Positions 41,876-53,136 are shown, counted from the stretch's first letter. The stretch is DNA of 64,000 nucleotides from a bacterium (GCA_043818835.1 JBDRFK010000010.1:9507-73506), one strand, 5' to 3'. The notes: generated by a model not told the origin, from the sequence alone. Numbers and translations: made by a program.

Positions 41876-42343
41876 ATGTTAAGTTTTTTACCACCACAAA
41901 TTGTTGTTTTAATTGTTTCAATGTTACCAATTTTTGAGTTGCGCGGTGCTATTCCTTTAGCTATTGGAGTTTATCAATTGTCACCAGTTATGGCTTTTGT
42001 TTTATCTGTCATTGGTAATATTATTCCAATTATTTTTTTGCTTTTGTTTTTGGGTTGGATGTCGGAATATTTAAGTAAACATTCATATTATTTTAATCGT
42101 TTTTTTGCTTGGTTATTTGAAAGGACAAGAAAAAAGCACAATCATAAATTTGAAGTTTGGGGAAGTTTGGCCTTAATTGCTTTTGTGGCGATTCCGCTGC
42201 CAATGACAGGCGGATGGACGGGAGCCGTAGCGGCGTTTGTTTTCGGTATACCGTTTAAAAAAGCGTTACCATTAATTTCTTTAGGGATTGTTATTGCTGG
42301 GGTTATTGTAACCTTAGCAAGTATGGGAATGTTAGCAATTTAA
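41876..42343 (+). CDS. Small multidrug-export family membrane protein
   Basis: SMLPIFELRGAIP, FVAIPLPMTGGWTG. Confidence 0.88.
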   Translation: MLSFLPPQIVVLIVSMLPIFELRGAIPLAIGVYQLSPVMAFVLSVIGNIIPIIFLLLFLGWMSEYLSKHSYYFNRFFAWLFERTRKKHNHKFEVWGSLALIAFVAIPLPMTGGWTGAVAAFVFGIPFKKALPLISLGIVIAGVIVTLASMGMLAI

Positions 42344-42345
42344 TT

Positions 42346-42834
42346 ATGAATAAGCGAAAGGCATTTACATTGATAGAATTATTAGTAGTCATCGCTATTA
42401 TTGGTCTTTTGGCGTCTATTGTTTTGGTGTCGGTGAATAGCGTGCGCAAGAAAGCGAGAGATGCGAGAAGAAAAACTGATTTAAGACAGATAGTCACGGC
42501 GATGGAGTTATATTATGATAAATATGGAACTTATGTTATTCCAGGAACAGGACATACTGGCTGTAGTTGTGGATGGTTTAATTATCAAGCTGGTTCTTAT
42601 ACTTTGTCTATTGCTCATGGATTAGAAAATTCTGGTTTTATGGTTAAAGCTCCGCGAGATCCATTACTTTCTTCTGATAACCAGACACCACAGTATATGA
42701 AATATCAATGCCAGGATGGATTTTATGTTTATGCGATATTGGAAAATCCGAGTGCTGAAGATTTGGCTACATATAATAATGCAGGTTGTAAGCCTGGTTA
42801 TGGAATGAATTATGCGGTAGGGCATAATAATTAA
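42346..42834 (+). CDS. Type IV pilin / pseudopilin-like protein
   Basis: RKAFTLIELLVVIAIIGLL...KARDARR. Confidence 0.88.
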   Translation: MNKRKAFTLIELLVVIAIIGLLASIVLVSVNSVRKKARDARRKTDLRQIVTAMELYYDKYGTYVIPGTGHTGCSCGWFNYQAGSYTLSIAHGLENSGFMVKAPRDPLLSSDNQTPQYMKYQCQDGFYVYAILENPSAEDLATYNNAGCKPGYGMNYAVGHNN

Positions 42835-42839
42835 AAATT

Positions 42840-43613
42840 ATGAATAAACAAAAAATAATTATTGCTAATTGGAAATGTAATCCGACAACTAAAAAAGAAG
42901 CTCGGCGGATTTTTAACGCTATTCAATATGGCGTTCACAATCTGGAAAATGTGGAAATAATTATTTGTCCTCCATTTGTTTATATTCCAACAATTCAACA
43001 ATCCAATAATCCAACAATTAAAATTGGCGCGCAAGATTGTCATTGGGAAAATAAAGGAACTTTTACTGGCGCAGTTTCGCCAGCGATGATTAAAGATTTG
43101 GGCTGTAAATATGTTATTCTTGGACATTCTGAAAGACGCGCTTTTTTTAGCGAAACAGATGAAATTATCAATAGGAAAATTAAGATGGTTCTGAAAAATG
43201 GATTAAAACCGATATTGTGCGTTGGTGAAAAAGAAAGAGATGATAAAGAAATGAGTTTGGTTGTTGGTGATCAATTAAAAAAATCTTTAGAAGACATTTC
43301 AAAAAATAAGATTAAAGATATAATCATTGCTTATGAACCAGTATGGGCGATTAGTAAGGGACAAATTGGTAGCGGCAAACCTTGCTTACCAGAGGATGCG
43401 GTTAAAGCTAATTTATTTATTAGAAAAACACTGGCAAATTTGTATAGTCGCGCGGTAGCCGAGAAAGTTGCTATAATTTATGGTGGTAGTGTTAGTAGTC
43501 AAAATGCTGTAGATTATCTTAAAGAAGATCAAATTAACGGCGCTTTGGTTGGTGGCGCGAGTTTGATTGTTGATGATTTTATAAAGATTGTGAAGAATGT
43601 TGAAGAATTATGA
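42840..43613 (+). CDS. tpiA: Triosephosphate isomerase
   Basis: ANWK, ILGHSERR, AYEPVWAI, YGGSV, LVGGASL. Confidence 0.98.
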   Translation: MNKQKIIIANWKCNPTTKKEARRIFNAIQYGVHNLENVEIIICPPFVYIPTIQQSNNPTIKIGAQDCHWENKGTFTGAVSPAMIKDLGCKYVILGHSERRAFFSETDEIINRKIKMVLKNGLKPILCVGEKERDDKEMSLVVGDQLKKSLEDISKNKIKDIIIAYEPVWAISKGQIGSGKPCLPEDAVKANLFIRKTLANLYSRAVAEKVAIIYGGSVSSQNAVDYLKEDQINGALVGGASLIVDDFIKIVKNVEEL

Positions 43614-43622
43614 TTTTTTTAT

Positions 43623-43692
43623 GTCATTTCCGCGAAAGCAGGATCCAGCGATAATCAATAATCTCTGGATTCCCAATCAAGTTGGGAATGAT
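43623..43692. repeat. GTCATT...AATGA palindromic element (intergenic)
   Basis: GTCATTTCCGCGAAAGCAGGATCCAG...CTGGATTCCCAATCAAGTTGGGAATGA. Confidence 0.82.
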
Positions 43693-43699
43693 AAAGCAG

Positions 43700-44848
43700 A
43701 TGAAGACAATTCGTGATATTTATGTTAAAAACAAAACAGTTCTAGTCAGAGTTGATCTTAACGTTGCTTTAAGAGACGGAAAAATATCTGATGATTTTCG
43801 TATACAGGCAATATTACCAACTATAAATTATCTATTTGGTCAAAATGCTAAAATAATTTTGTTGTCGCATTTGGGTCGGCCATCAGAAAATGAAAAACAA
43901 CATAGTTTGTGGGTAGTTGCCAAGCATCTTTCGGAACTAATTAAGCAAGAAATTGTTTTTATAGAAAATTTAGATAAAGCTAAGGATACAATTGATGAGA
44001 TGGATTTTGGTCAAATAGCATTTTTAGAAAATTTACGTTTTTATGATGGTGAGGTTGATAATGATGCTGATTTCGCTAAAAAATTAGCTGATTTGGGTGA
44101 AGTTTATATCAATGATGCTTTCGGCGTGTGTCATCGCATGCATGCGTCGGTAGTGGGTATTCCAAAATATCTTCCAAGTGCTATTGGTTTATTGGTTGAA
44201 AAAGAAATAAAGGTGCTTTCTAATGTGATGGAAAACTCACAGCATCCATTAGTGGCGGTTATTGGCGGCGCGAAAATTTCTACAAAAATCAAGATGATTG
44301 ATAATTTTTTAGATAGGGTTGATGATTTAATTTTGGGTGGAGCTTTGGCCAATACAGTTATAGCAGCGAAAGGAATTGCTATTGGTCGTTCGGTAGTAGA
44401 AAAAGGGATGATAGAAGAGGTTAAAAAGTTGGAATTAACTAATACCAAATTGCATATTCCTGTTGATGTTATTGTTTCGGCAGATGTCTCAGGAAGCGCG
44501 CCGAAAAGAATTGCTCCGGTTGGTAGGACAGAGGAGAATGAAATGATTTTAGATATTGGTCCTGACACGATTAACTTATTTGAACAGATAATAAAATTAG
44601 CAAATATGATAATTTGCAATGGTCCAATGGGACTTTTTGAAGTTGATGAATTTTCTGTGGGTAGTAAGAGAATAATCTCTGCTATTGCCGAAAGTGATGG
44701 TTTTTCTGTGGTTGGTGGCGGGGATTCTATTGCTTTGTTAAATCAACTCGGACTTAAGAATAAGATAAATCATATTTCAACAGGTGGTGGCGCGATGCTT
44801 AAATTTTTGTCAGGGGAAAAGTTACCCGGTTTAGAGGTAATAGAATAA
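43700..44848 (+). CDS. pgk: Phosphoglycerate kinase
   Basis: VRVDLNV, SHLGRP, LENLRF, NDAFG, GGAKIS, HISTGGGA. Confidence 0.98.
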   Translation: MKTIRDIYVKNKTVLVRVDLNVALRDGKISDDFRIQAILPTINYLFGQNAKIILLSHLGRPSENEKQHSLWVVAKHLSELIKQEIVFIENLDKAKDTIDEMDFGQIAFLENLRFYDGEVDNDADFAKKLADLGEVYINDAFGVCHRMHASVVGIPKYLPSAIGLLVEKEIKVLSNVMENSQHPLVAVIGGAKISTKIKMIDNFLDRVDDLILGGALANTVIAAKGIAIGRSVVEKGMIEEVKKLELTNTKLHIPVDVIVSADVSGSAPKRIAPVGRTEENEMILDIGPDTINLFEQIIKLANMIICNGPMGLFEVDEFSVGSKRIISAIAESDGFSVVGGGDSIALLNQLGLKNKINHISTGGGAMLKFLSGEKLPGLEVIE

Positions 44849-44853
44849 TTTTT

Positions 44854-46623
44854 ATGAAATGGCGATTAAAGTCGAAAGCTCCAGAGGACTTTATTAAACG
44901 GTTTCCAGAGTATTCGTCTTTGATAATTCAATTACTATATGATAGAGGAATAGAAACTCAGCAACAAATTGATGAGTTTTTTAATTGTAATTATAAGACA
45001 GATATTCATGACCCTTTTTTACTAAAGGATATGGATATTGCAGTAGGTTCTGTTTTAAAAGCAATTAAAAATAATGAGCGTATTGTTATTTTTGGTGACT
45101 ATGATGCTGATGGCGTATGTTCTTCGGCTATTTTGTATCTTACTCTTAAGAAGATAGGGGCTGATAACATTAATGTTTACATTCCAGACAGAGGAAAGGA
45201 GGGACATGGCTTGAATCAGATGGCGGTTGAGAAAATTATCAACGAAGGCGCTAAATTAATTATTACTGTTGATTGTGGTAGTAGGGATATAGAAATGGTT
45301 GACTTGATAAACTCTCTTGGAGCGGAAATTATTATAACCGATCATCATGAAGTGGGTGACAAATTACCTAAGGCGATAGCAATGATAAATTTTCACCGAA
45401 AAGATGATAAGTATCCTTTCAAAAATTTAGCTGGGGCTGGTGTGGCGTATAAATTGGCTTGTGCTTTATTATCTTCTGAATTAGCTAAAAATAGAAAGGT
45501 AGAAAATCTCAAGAAATGGCTTTTAGATTTGACAGCTATTGCGACTGTGGCAGATGTTATGCCGATTATTGGTGAAAATCGCACACTGTTGATTTATGGT
45601 CTTGGTGTTTTAGCGCAGACAAAATGGATTGGATTGCAAGAATTGATGAATGTTTCTAAATTACAACCAAAAATAAGCAAACAATCGGTTAATGGTGAAG
45701 CGCCAATAACTAATTTAGATTCTTTCACAATTGGTTTTGTATTGGGCCCGCGATTGAACTCGGCGGGACGTATGGATCATGCAAATGTGGCTTTTAATTT
45801 ACTAACAACAGAAGATAGAAACGAAGCAATAGAATTGGCCCAACAACTTACAGATAAAAATATTGAACGGCAGAAAATGACTGATAAAATTGTTATGGAA
45901 GTTGTGAAAAGATTGGAAAAAGATTTTGACAAACCAGATAAACCAAAAATAATTTTTGAAGGTAGTCCAGATTGGTCGGTAGGATTAGTCGGTTTAGTTG
46001 CTGGTAAAATCGCCAATAAATATTGTCGTCCAACATTTATTTATCAGGACAAGGGTAATGCTATTCATGTTTCTGGAAGAAGTATTCCGCAATTTAACTT
46101 GATAGAATCCATCAATGAATGCGCAGATTTGTGTGTGCAATATGGCGGGCATAGAGGAGCGGCTGGGTTTGTGGCGAAACAGGACAAAATAGATGAAATT
46201 AAAGAAAGAATAAATAATTTTGCTGATCCACAAATTAATGAAAATGAATCAATATCAATAATAGATATTGATTCGGAATTATTTTTTGATGATGTGGGTT
46301 GGTCAAGTTATAATCAACTTCAACGTTTTGCTCCATTCGGAAATGCGAATACGGAACCTAAATTTTTAATTAAAAATGTAGAGGTGGTAAATGCGCGGAC
46401 AGTTGGTAGCGATGATAAACATCTTAAAATGGATATAAAATTATGGAATAATGATCGTAAATTAGCAAAGAATTTGAAGGCAATTGGTTTTGGCTTAGGC
46501 GAATGGGCTAATAATCTACAGACAGGCAATATTGTTAACTTGGTTTTTGAATTTACAGTTAATGAATGGAATAATTATCGCGATTTAGAACTTAGAATTA
46601 TTGATTTAAAAGTTGCTACTTAA
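44854..46623 (+). CDS. recJ: Single-stranded DNA exonuclease RecJ
   Basis: GDYDADG, TVDCG, ITDHH, GPRLNSAGR, GGH..AAG, PFGNAN. Confidence 0.96.
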   Translation: MKWRLKSKAPEDFIKRFPEYSSLIIQLLYDRGIETQQQIDEFFNCNYKTDIHDPFLLKDMDIAVGSVLKAIKNNERIVIFGDYDADGVCSSAILYLTLKKIGADNINVYIPDRGKEGHGLNQMAVEKIINEGAKLIITVDCGSRDIEMVDLINSLGAEIIITDHHEVGDKLPKAIAMINFHRKDDKYPFKNLAGAGVAYKLACALLSSELAKNRKVENLKKWLLDLTAIATVADVMPIIGENRTLLIYGLGVLAQTKWIGLQELMNVSKLQPKISKQSVNGEAPITNLDSFTIGFVLGPRLNSAGRMDHANVAFNLLTTEDRNEAIELAQQLTDKNIERQKMTDKIVMEVVKRLEKDFDKPDKPKIIFEGSPDWSVGLVGLVAGKIANKYCRPTFIYQDKGNAIHVSGRSIPQFNLIESINECADLCVQYGGHRGAAGFVAKQDKIDEIKERINNFADPQINENESISIIDIDSELFFDDVGWSSYNQLQRFAPFGNANTEPKFLIKNVEVVNARTVGSDDKHLKMDIKLWNNDRKLAKNLKAIGFGLGEWANNLQTGNIVNLVFEFTVNEWNNYRDLELRIIDLKVAT

Positions 46624-46650
46624 ATGATTTTTATTGTATAATATATAACA

Positions 46651-47088
46651 ATGAAAATAACTATAAATACAGATGGTGGCGCGCGCAAGAATCCTGGGCC
46701 AGCAGCGGTTGGTGTTGTTATCGCTAATGAGAATAGCGAAATTATTAAGAAATACGGCCAAGCTATTGGTAAGGCGACAAACAACGAAGCTGAATATCAG
46801 GCAGTTATTATAGCTCTTCAAAAAGCTAAACTTCTTTTTGGCAAGGAAAAATCAAAACAAATAGATGTGGAAATTAGGTTGGATAGCGAGTTGGTCGCAA
46901 AACAAATCAATCACGAATATAAATTAAAAGAAGAGCATATTCAAAAATTATTTATCATGGTATGGAATTTAATGATGGATTTTAATTCTGTAGTTTTTCA
47001 TCATATACCAAGGGAAAGAAATAAAGAAGCTGACAAATTAGTGAACGAAGCATTAGACAATCAAAATAAAAATGTAAGTTTGTTCTAA
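46651..47088 (+). CDS. Ribonuclease HI-family protein (Rv2228c/archaeal-like)
   Basis: TDGGARKNPGPA, ATNNEAEY, DSELV, HIPRERNKEAD. Confidence 0.92.
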   Translation: MKITINTDGGARKNPGPAAVGVVIANENSEIIKKYGQAIGKATNNEAEYQAVIIALQKAKLLFGKEKSKQIDVEIRLDSELVAKQINHEYKLKEEHIQKLFIMVWNLMMDFNSVVFHHIPRERNKEADKLVNEALDNQNKNVSLF

Positions 47089-47126
47089 ATTTAAAAACCA
47101 ACTTTATACAAGTTGGTTTTTAAATT
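47088..47126. terminator. Bidirectional terminator between the RNase H gene and rnpB
   Basis: AATTTAAAAACCAACTT-TATAC-AAGTTGGTTTTTAAATT. Confidence 0.75.
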
Positions 47127-47139
47127 GTAATCATCTCAT

Positions 47140-47667
47140 AGTTCTTAGTAAATTAGTAAGCCGAATTCTGTTATACTATTTTGTCATTATCCGGTTTGAC
47201 TGGATAATCTAGAAATAATATAGATGATCATCTATCTGGGATTGATATTACTATCAACCTCTAGCGAGCTACTTGTCTTACCCCACAATAGTGGGATAGT
47301 TTGCTCTTGCACCGGGCAGGGTTTGTCACGCTATTACGTTTCCGTAAAGCGAGAAGGGTCTTAATCCTTCACTTTTCATCCTTACCAAGTTTATGTCATT
47401 CTGAACGGAGCGAAGCGGAGTGAAGAATCTCGTAGAACTTGCCACGGGATTCTTCGGGCTTTGCCCTCAGAATGACGACTGGGCGGTTTTGTTTCTGTGA
47501 CACTTTCCCTAGACTTTGCTTTAAACAATTTGTCTCGAGAACAAATTACTTAAAACTACTTCCGACGGATGTTATCCGTTGCCCTTTTTTTATGGTGTTC
47601 GGACTTTCCTCCCCGCACCACTTTTTTTGAAAAGTAGTGGAGGCAATCATCTTATTTACTAAGAACT
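47140..47667 (-). ncRNA. rnpB: RNase P RNA, enlarged (about 528 nt) by two repeat insertions
   Basis: GAGGAAAGTCCG near the 5' end, ACAGAATTCGGCTTA near the 3' end, 14-bp P1 helix (47140-47153 with 47654-47667). Confidence 0.93.
47395..47476. repeat. Complete palindromic element inside rnpB
   Basis: GTCATTCTGAACGGAGCGAAGCGGAGTGAAGAATCTCG...CGGGATTCTTCGGGC...CCTCAGAATGAC. Confidence 0.88.
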
Positions 47668-47742
47668 AATTAAATTATATTACATATATTATTTTTGTCA
47701 AGTCATTGACCACGTAGTCTCAAATGAGTAATATGGCAGTAT

Positions 47743-49170
47743 ATGAAGAAGCCGGAACTTACTTTTACGGCGGCGTTGGTGCCATTAGATTTTATAATGT
47801 TGTTGGGGGCCGGTTTGGCCTCTTATTTTTTACGAACTAGTATATGGGTAGAGCAATATCGTCCAGTGCTTTTTTATTTGGATTTACCTTTCAGTCGTTA
47901 TCTTATTTTAAATATTGGGTTTGCGTTATTTTTGTTAGTGGTTTTTGCTTTTGTTGGACTTTATAAGATAAAACCCATAAGATCGATTGTAGATGATTTT
48001 TTTAAAATTGTTATTGGTGTTTCGGCTGGGGTTTTTGTTTTAGTATTTTATATATTCTTACGTCGAGAATGGTTTAATTCTCGTTTTTTAATTTTATCTG
48101 GGTGGATAGCGGCTATTTTTTTAGTTACGTTTGGTCGTTTTTTGATGATTTGTTTTAAGAAATTTTTATTTAAAAAACATAAAATTAGAATCCAACCAGT
48201 TTTGGTAATAGGCGATGATAATATTAGTAGAAAGATAATTGATATTTTACAAAACAACTTAGGCTTGGGATATAAATTAGTGGCTAATTTGACAGAGCCG
48301 GATTTATACGAAATTAAAGCCAAAGTAAACGATCATGGTGTTGAAGAGATAATATTAGCTGATCTTAATTGGTCTAAAGAAAAAATTTTAGAGTTAGTTA
48401 GTTTTTGCGAAGAAAATCATATTATTTTTAAATTTGTGCCTAATTTATTTCAAACATTGACTATTAATAGTTTGGCAACAACATTAGGAACAGTGCCTTT
48501 GATAGAGATTAAACGGGCGGCGTTAGATGGCTGGGGAAGAATTATTAAACGACTTATTGATATTATTGGCGCTATATTTGCGATTATTATTTTTATGCCG
48601 ATTATGATGGTAATTGCTTTTGCAGTAAAATGGGAATCGTTCGGTCCAATTATTTATAAAGATTATCGCTATGGTTATAAACAGAAGAAGTTTGTTTTTT
48701 ATAAATTCAGATCTATGCGATCAGATCTATGTGATGGCGAATTTGGCACTGGTGCTGGTAATGAGATGCTTAAAAAATTAGAACAAGATCAAGTCAAGAA
48801 TATACGCGGTGGTAGTCCTTTGCACAAAATTAAAAATGACCCGAGATTAACCAAGGTGGGTAATTTTATTAGAAAAACATCGTTAGATGAGTTGCCACAA
48901 TTTTTTAGCGTTTTAATAGGTGATATGAGTTTAGTTGGCTATCGTCCGCATATGTCTTACGAAGTAGAAAAATATAATTATGAACAGCGCAAAATGTTTT
49001 GTACTAAACCAGGTATTACTGGATTGGCGCAAATTTCTGGTAGAAGCGATTTGGATTTTGATGAAGAAGTTAAATTGGATTTATACTATATTGAAAATTG
49101 GTCGTTCTGGTTGGATATAATTATTATGATAAAAACTCCGTTTGTTGCTTTATTCAAGACGCATCAATAA
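47743..49170 (+). CDS. Polyprenyl glycosylphosphotransferase (WcaJ/WbaP-like priming sugar transferase)
   Basis: KRLIDI, YKFRSM, DPRLTKVG.FIRKTSLDELPQF, KPGITGLAQISGR. Confidence 0.95.
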   Translation: MKKPELTFTAALVPLDFIMLLGAGLASYFLRTSIWVEQYRPVLFYLDLPFSRYLILNIGFALFLLVVFAFVGLYKIKPIRSIVDDFFKIVIGVSAGVFVLVFYIFLRREWFNSRFLILSGWIAAIFLVTFGRFLMICFKKFLFKKHKIRIQPVLVIGDDNISRKIIDILQNNLGLGYKLVANLTEPDLYEIKAKVNDHGVEEIILADLNWSKEKILELVSFCEENHIIFKFVPNLFQTLTINSLATTLGTVPLIEIKRAALDGWGRIIKRLIDIIGAIFAIIIFMPIMMVIAFAVKWESFGPIIYKDYRYGYKQKKFVFYKFRSMRSDLCDGEFGTGAGNEMLKKLEQDQVKNIRGGSPLHKIKNDPRLTKVGNFIRKTSLDELPQFFSVLIGDMSLVGYRPHMSYEVEKYNYEQRKMFCTKPGITGLAQISGRSDLDFDEEVKLDLYYIENWSFWLDIIIMIKTPFVALFKTHQ

Positions 49171-49174
49171 AAAT

Positions 49175-50263
49175 ATGAAAGTTGCTTTGGTTCACGATTA
49201 TTTAACTCAATATGGAGGGGCAGAAAGAGTGCTGGATGTTTTTTGTGAAATATTTCCAGAAGCGCCAATTTATACTTTGCTTTGCGATAAAAAGAAAACA
49301 GGGTTAATCTTTGAATCTAAAAAAATTTATACTTCTTTTTTGCAAAAAATTCCTTTTATTAAAAATCATCACAGATCTTTTTTAATGTTGATGCCGTTTG
49401 CGGTGGAGCAGTTTGATTTGTCGCAATATGATTTGGTGGTTTCTGATTCAGCCAGTTATGCCAAGGGGGCGATAACATCTCCAAACACAAAACATATTTG
49501 TTATTGTCATACGCCAATTCGTTATGCATGGGATGATTCGCAAAAATATATTAACGAGTTTGGATATTCAAAATTGAGTCAAAAATTTATTCCTTTTTTT
49601 ATGAACTATATTCGCATTTGGGACGAACAGGCAGCGGAAAGAGTTGATAAGTTTATCGCTAATTCAGACTTTGTTGCCGATAGAATTTTAAAATATTATC
49701 ATCAAGAATCAGAAGTTATTTATCCGCCAATAAAAACAGATTTATTTTATATCGCTGATAAGATAGAAAATTATTTTTTAATGGTTGGACGGCTGTTGCC
49801 TTATAAGAAATTTGATTTAGCGATTGAAGTTTTTAATAAATTAGGATTGCCATTGAAAATTGTTGGTGATGGTCCTGAGCGAAAATATCTACAGAAAATA
49901 GCTAAGAAAAATATTGAATTTGTTGGTTTAGTTTCAGATAACAAATTAAGAGATTATTATGCGCATTGCCAAGCCTTTATCTTTCCGCAAGAAGAAGATT
50001 TCGGTATTACGGCGATAGAAGCAATGGCATCTGGACGACCAGTAATCGCTTATAAAGCAGGCGGGGCTTTAGAATTTATCAAAGAAAATATTACAGGTAT
50101 GTTTTTTGAAAAACAGGAAGAAGATTGTTTAATAGAAACGATTAAAAGATTTGATGTTCATAATTTTAATCCACAGTTTATTCGCGCAGAAGCAAAGAAA
50201 TTTGATAAAGAAATCTTTAAAAGCAGAATTAAAGAATTTATTGATAGGGAGTATAATAATTAA
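49175..50263 (+). CDS. GT4 glycosyltransferase
   Basis: MKVALVHDYL..YGGAERV, EEDFGITAIEAMASG. Confidence 0.94.
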   Translation: MKVALVHDYLTQYGGAERVLDVFCEIFPEAPIYTLLCDKKKTGLIFESKKIYTSFLQKIPFIKNHHRSFLMLMPFAVEQFDLSQYDLVVSDSASYAKGAITSPNTKHICYCHTPIRYAWDDSQKYINEFGYSKLSQKFIPFFMNYIRIWDEQAAERVDKFIANSDFVADRILKYYHQESEVIYPPIKTDLFYIADKIENYFLMVGRLLPYKKFDLAIEVFNKLGLPLKIVGDGPERKYLQKIAKKNIEFVGLVSDNKLRDYYAHCQAFIFPQEEDFGITAIEAMASGRPVIAYKAGGALEFIKENITGMFFEKQEEDCLIETIKRFDVHNFNPQFIRAEAKKFDKEIFKSRIKEFIDREYNN

Positions 50264-50301
50264 AGCCCCTTTATTGGGGCTCTAAGTTAGCAAGGTTTAT
50301 T

Positions 50302-50541
50302 TTATTTATTAAAATAATTATTTAATAATTTTTTTGCCAATTCAGTAGGCATAACAACATATTTAGTAGACGTAAATTTGCTTATCTTTTCTATTGCTAT
50401 TGGCAATCTGTTTTCTACACTGACATCGTTAGCATTAGATATAGTTTCTTTGACATCGAATAGTATTCCGGTAACGGTACAGGCGTCTATTTCTTGTTTA
50501 TCGTTGCGTATTTCTTTGTCTGTTATAATTAATATACTCAT
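50302..50541 (-). CDS. Small hypothetical protein on the opposite strand within the GT cluster
   Basis: 79 aa, AGGAG SD, promoter-like TTGACA upstream, hairpin at 50263-50282. Confidence 0.65.
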   Translation of the reverse strand: MSILIITDKEIRNDKQEIDACTVTGILFDVKETISNANDVSVENRLPIAIEKISKFTSTKYVVMPTELAKKLLNNYFNK

Positions 50542-50649
50542 TAGATAATTCTCCTTTTTATATAAATTAATATTAAGAGCAAATTCTATTTATTATATAA
50601 TACAAATAAAATAATAGATTGTCAAGTTGTTATTAAAGGAAATAAATAA

Positions 50650-51789
50650 ATGACGATTGGAATAGATATCAGAGTTTTAGCCAAGGGGACAAGAACGGGG
50701 GTAGAGGAATATACGATAAATCTTTTATCTCATCTTTTGCCTTTAGATAAAACTGTAAAATACAAATTATTTTATAATGCTTTTCATAAACCAATCTTAG
50801 ATTACGATTGGTTAAATTTGGATAATGTGGAATTATGCAATTTTATAATTCCTAATCGCGCTTTCTTTGGAATGACACGATATTTAAATCAACCTAAGGT
50901 TGATAAATTATTGAAGGGTGTTGATGTATATTTCAATCCACATTTTTTTAATGCGCCAGTTTCAAAAGAATGTCGCAAGGTGGTAACTTTTCATGATTTG
51001 TCTTTCAAACGTTATCAATACTATTTTTCAAAAAGAAAAAGATTATGGCAAATTTTTTTAATGAATGCTAAACGCGAAGCACAGACGGCTGATAAAATTA
51101 TTGCTGTTTCAGAATCAACTAAAAATGATTTAGTAAATCTATGTAAAATTAATTCAGATAAGATACAAGTAATTTATTCAGGAGTTGGTTTACAAAGGTT
51201 AGGTCTTTGTAAAAATAAAGGCTTAACCTTTGTAAAAAATAAATATAATTTGCCTGATGATTATGTTTTATACTTTGGCACCATTGAACCTCGTAAAAAT
51301 ATTATCGGCTTGATAAGGGCTTTTGAATTATTAAAAACCAAATATAATTTTCCAAATCTTAAATTGGTTTTAGCGGGATCAATGGGGTGGCTTTATGGTG
51401 ATGTTATTAGAACAGCAAAAAAATCAACATATAGTCAAGATATTTTTTTTACTGGTTTTGTTGAGGAAACAGATAAACCATATTTATATAAATTAGCTGA
51501 TTTATTTGTTTATCCGAGCTTTTTTGAAGGTTTTGGTTTTCCGCCATTGGAAGCAATGGCTTGTGGCGCGCCGGTAATTACATCAAATAATTCTTCTTTG
51601 CCCGAAGTTGTGGGTGATGCCGCTTTGATGGTAGATGCTTATAGATATGGCGATATGGCGTGGGGAATGAATGAGATTTTAACTAACCAACAGATTTATG
51701 ACAGAATGATTAAAAAGGGCTTTGAACAGGTAAAAAAGTTTTCGTGGAAAAGGTGCGCCGAGAAAACATTAAAAACTTTATGCGAATAG
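50650..51789 (+). CDS. GT4 glycosyltransferase
   Basis: [33 protein letters not shown]. Confidence 0.94.
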   Translation: MTIGIDIRVLAKGTRTGVEEYTINLLSHLLPLDKTVKYKLFYNAFHKPILDYDWLNLDNVELCNFIIPNRAFFGMTRYLNQPKVDKLLKGVDVYFNPHFFNAPVSKECRKVVTFHDLSFKRYQYYFSKRKRLWQIFLMNAKREAQTADKIIAVSESTKNDLVNLCKINSDKIQVIYSGVGLQRLGLCKNKGLTFVKNKYNLPDDYVLYFGTIEPRKNIIGLIRAFELLKTKYNFPNLKLVLAGSMGWLYGDVIRTAKKSTYSQDIFFTGFVEETDKPYLYKLADLFVYPSFFEGFGFPPLEAMACGAPVITSNNSSLPEVVGDAALMVDAYRYGDMAWGMNEILTNQQIYDRMIKKGFEQVKKFSWKRCAEKTLKTLCE

Positions 51790-52979
51790 GAATTGATGCT
51801 CGATTTTACGGGCCTAAAAAACAAAAAGGACTTGGTCGTTATCTACAGGAATTAATTACCGAGTTAGAAAAAATAGATACAAATAATGAGTTTGTTATTT
51901 TTTTGCGTTGTGAAAATTGGAACGACTATCAACCAATAAACAATAATTTCAGAAAAGTTTTGGCAGATTATCGTTGGTACACTTTTGCCGAACAAATTAT
52001 GATGCCGATTAAAATTTGGCGAGAGGATATAGATTTAATGCATTTTCCTCATTTTAACATTCCGATTTTTTGCCCAACTAAATTTGTAGTTACAATTCAT
52101 GACTTGATTTTAAAACATTTTCCAACACGACGCGCTTCAACGCTTGGGCCGATAATGTATAGGATTAAAAACTGGGGATATGAGATTACAATTTGGTTGG
52201 CGGTCAGGAGGTCGCAAAAAATCATTGCTGTTTCAGAATTTACCAAACGAGATATTTTGAATAACTTTAATGTTGCTGATAACAAAATTAAAGTTATTTA
52301 TGAGGGGGTGTTATCTCCTGTCATTCCCACTCCCTTTGTCATTCCCGCTAAAGCGGGAATCCAGAATGTAGATTTACGCTTTTCCGCCAAAGGGCGGACA
52401 TGGCGCGGGAATGACAAAGAAGAAGGTAGGAGTAACGAAATATACTTGCTTTATGTAGGCAATGCATATCCTCACAAAAATTTAGAAAGATTGATTTTGT
52501 CGTTTGATAAATTATCAGGTGATTATCCTGATTTAAAATTAGTTTTAGTTGGCGAATTAGATTATTTTTACAAACGGCTTCAGGAATATGTTTCAGGTTT
52601 TAATCCTAAGACCACAAATAATATAATTTTTACTGATCTCGTGTCGGACAATGAATTAAATAATTTATACAAAAATGCTTCTTTATATGTTTTTCCTTCA
52701 GAATACGAAGGGTTTGGGTTACCGCCCTTAGAGGCGATGTCTTGTGGCTTGCCAGTAGTTTCTTCTAATGCCAGTTGTTTGCCAGAAATTTTAGGTAATT
52801 CGGCAATTTATTTTAATCCGGTCAGTGTTGATGATATGGTCGACAAAATTAAAAAAGTTTTTAATAATAGAGCTATAAGAAAGGATTTAATCGAGAAAGG
52901 ATATCAGCAAATTAAAAAATATAATTGGCAGAAAATGACAAAAGCAATAAGGAGGATCTATGCCGAAGAGAAGATATGA
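51780..52979 (+). CDS. GT4 glycosyltransferase (with an in-frame repeat insert)
   Basis: [34 protein letters not shown]. Confidence 0.94.
   Translation: MRIGIDARFYGPKKQKGLGRYLQELITELEKIDTNNEFVIFLRCENWNDYQPINNNFRKVLADYRWYTFAEQIMMPIKIWREDIDLMHFPHFNIPIFCPTKFVVTIHDLILKHFPTRRASTLGPIMYRIKNWGYEITIWLAVRRSQKIIAVSEFTKRDILNNFNVADNKIKVIYEGVLSPVIPTPFVIPAKAGIQNVDLRFSAKGRTWRGNDKEEGRSNEIYLLYVGNAYPHKNLERLILSFDKLSGDYPDLKLVLVGELDYFYKRLQEYVSGFNPKTTNNIIFTDLVSDNELNNLYKNASLYVFPSEYEGFGLPPLEAMSCGLPVVSSNASCLPEILGNSAIYFNPVSVDDMVDKIKKVFNNRAIRKDLIEKGYQQIKKYNWQKMTKAIRRIYAEEKI
52320..52415. repeat. Palindromic element in-frame in the GT4 inter-domain linker (32 codons)
   Basis: GTCATTCCC...GTCATTCCCGCTAAAGCGGGAATCCAG...GCGGGAATGAC; encodes [15 protein letters not shown]...WRGND. 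Confidence 0.9.
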
Positions 52980-53136
52980 AATAGGTGAGAGATATAGGTA
53001 TTAAAGATTAAATAAGTACTATATAGTATTAGCGATGGTTTCAGGATTTGGAGGTGCTTTATTGCTTGCGGTGAGTAATAATTCTATAATTCATATTGTT
53101 ATATTTATTCTTATAATTGCGTTGAATGATGACTAA
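52960..53136 (+). pseudogene. Small membrane-protein-like ORF with internal TAA (53002-53004)
   Basis: AGGAGG SD at 52950, ATG 52960, two hydrophobic stretches downstream of the stop in the same frame. Confidence 0.35.

Noticed and set aside
47439-47630. 63-aa ORF MPRDSSGFALRMT...
   Set aside because: It lies antisense within rnpB and its start comes from the repeat element.
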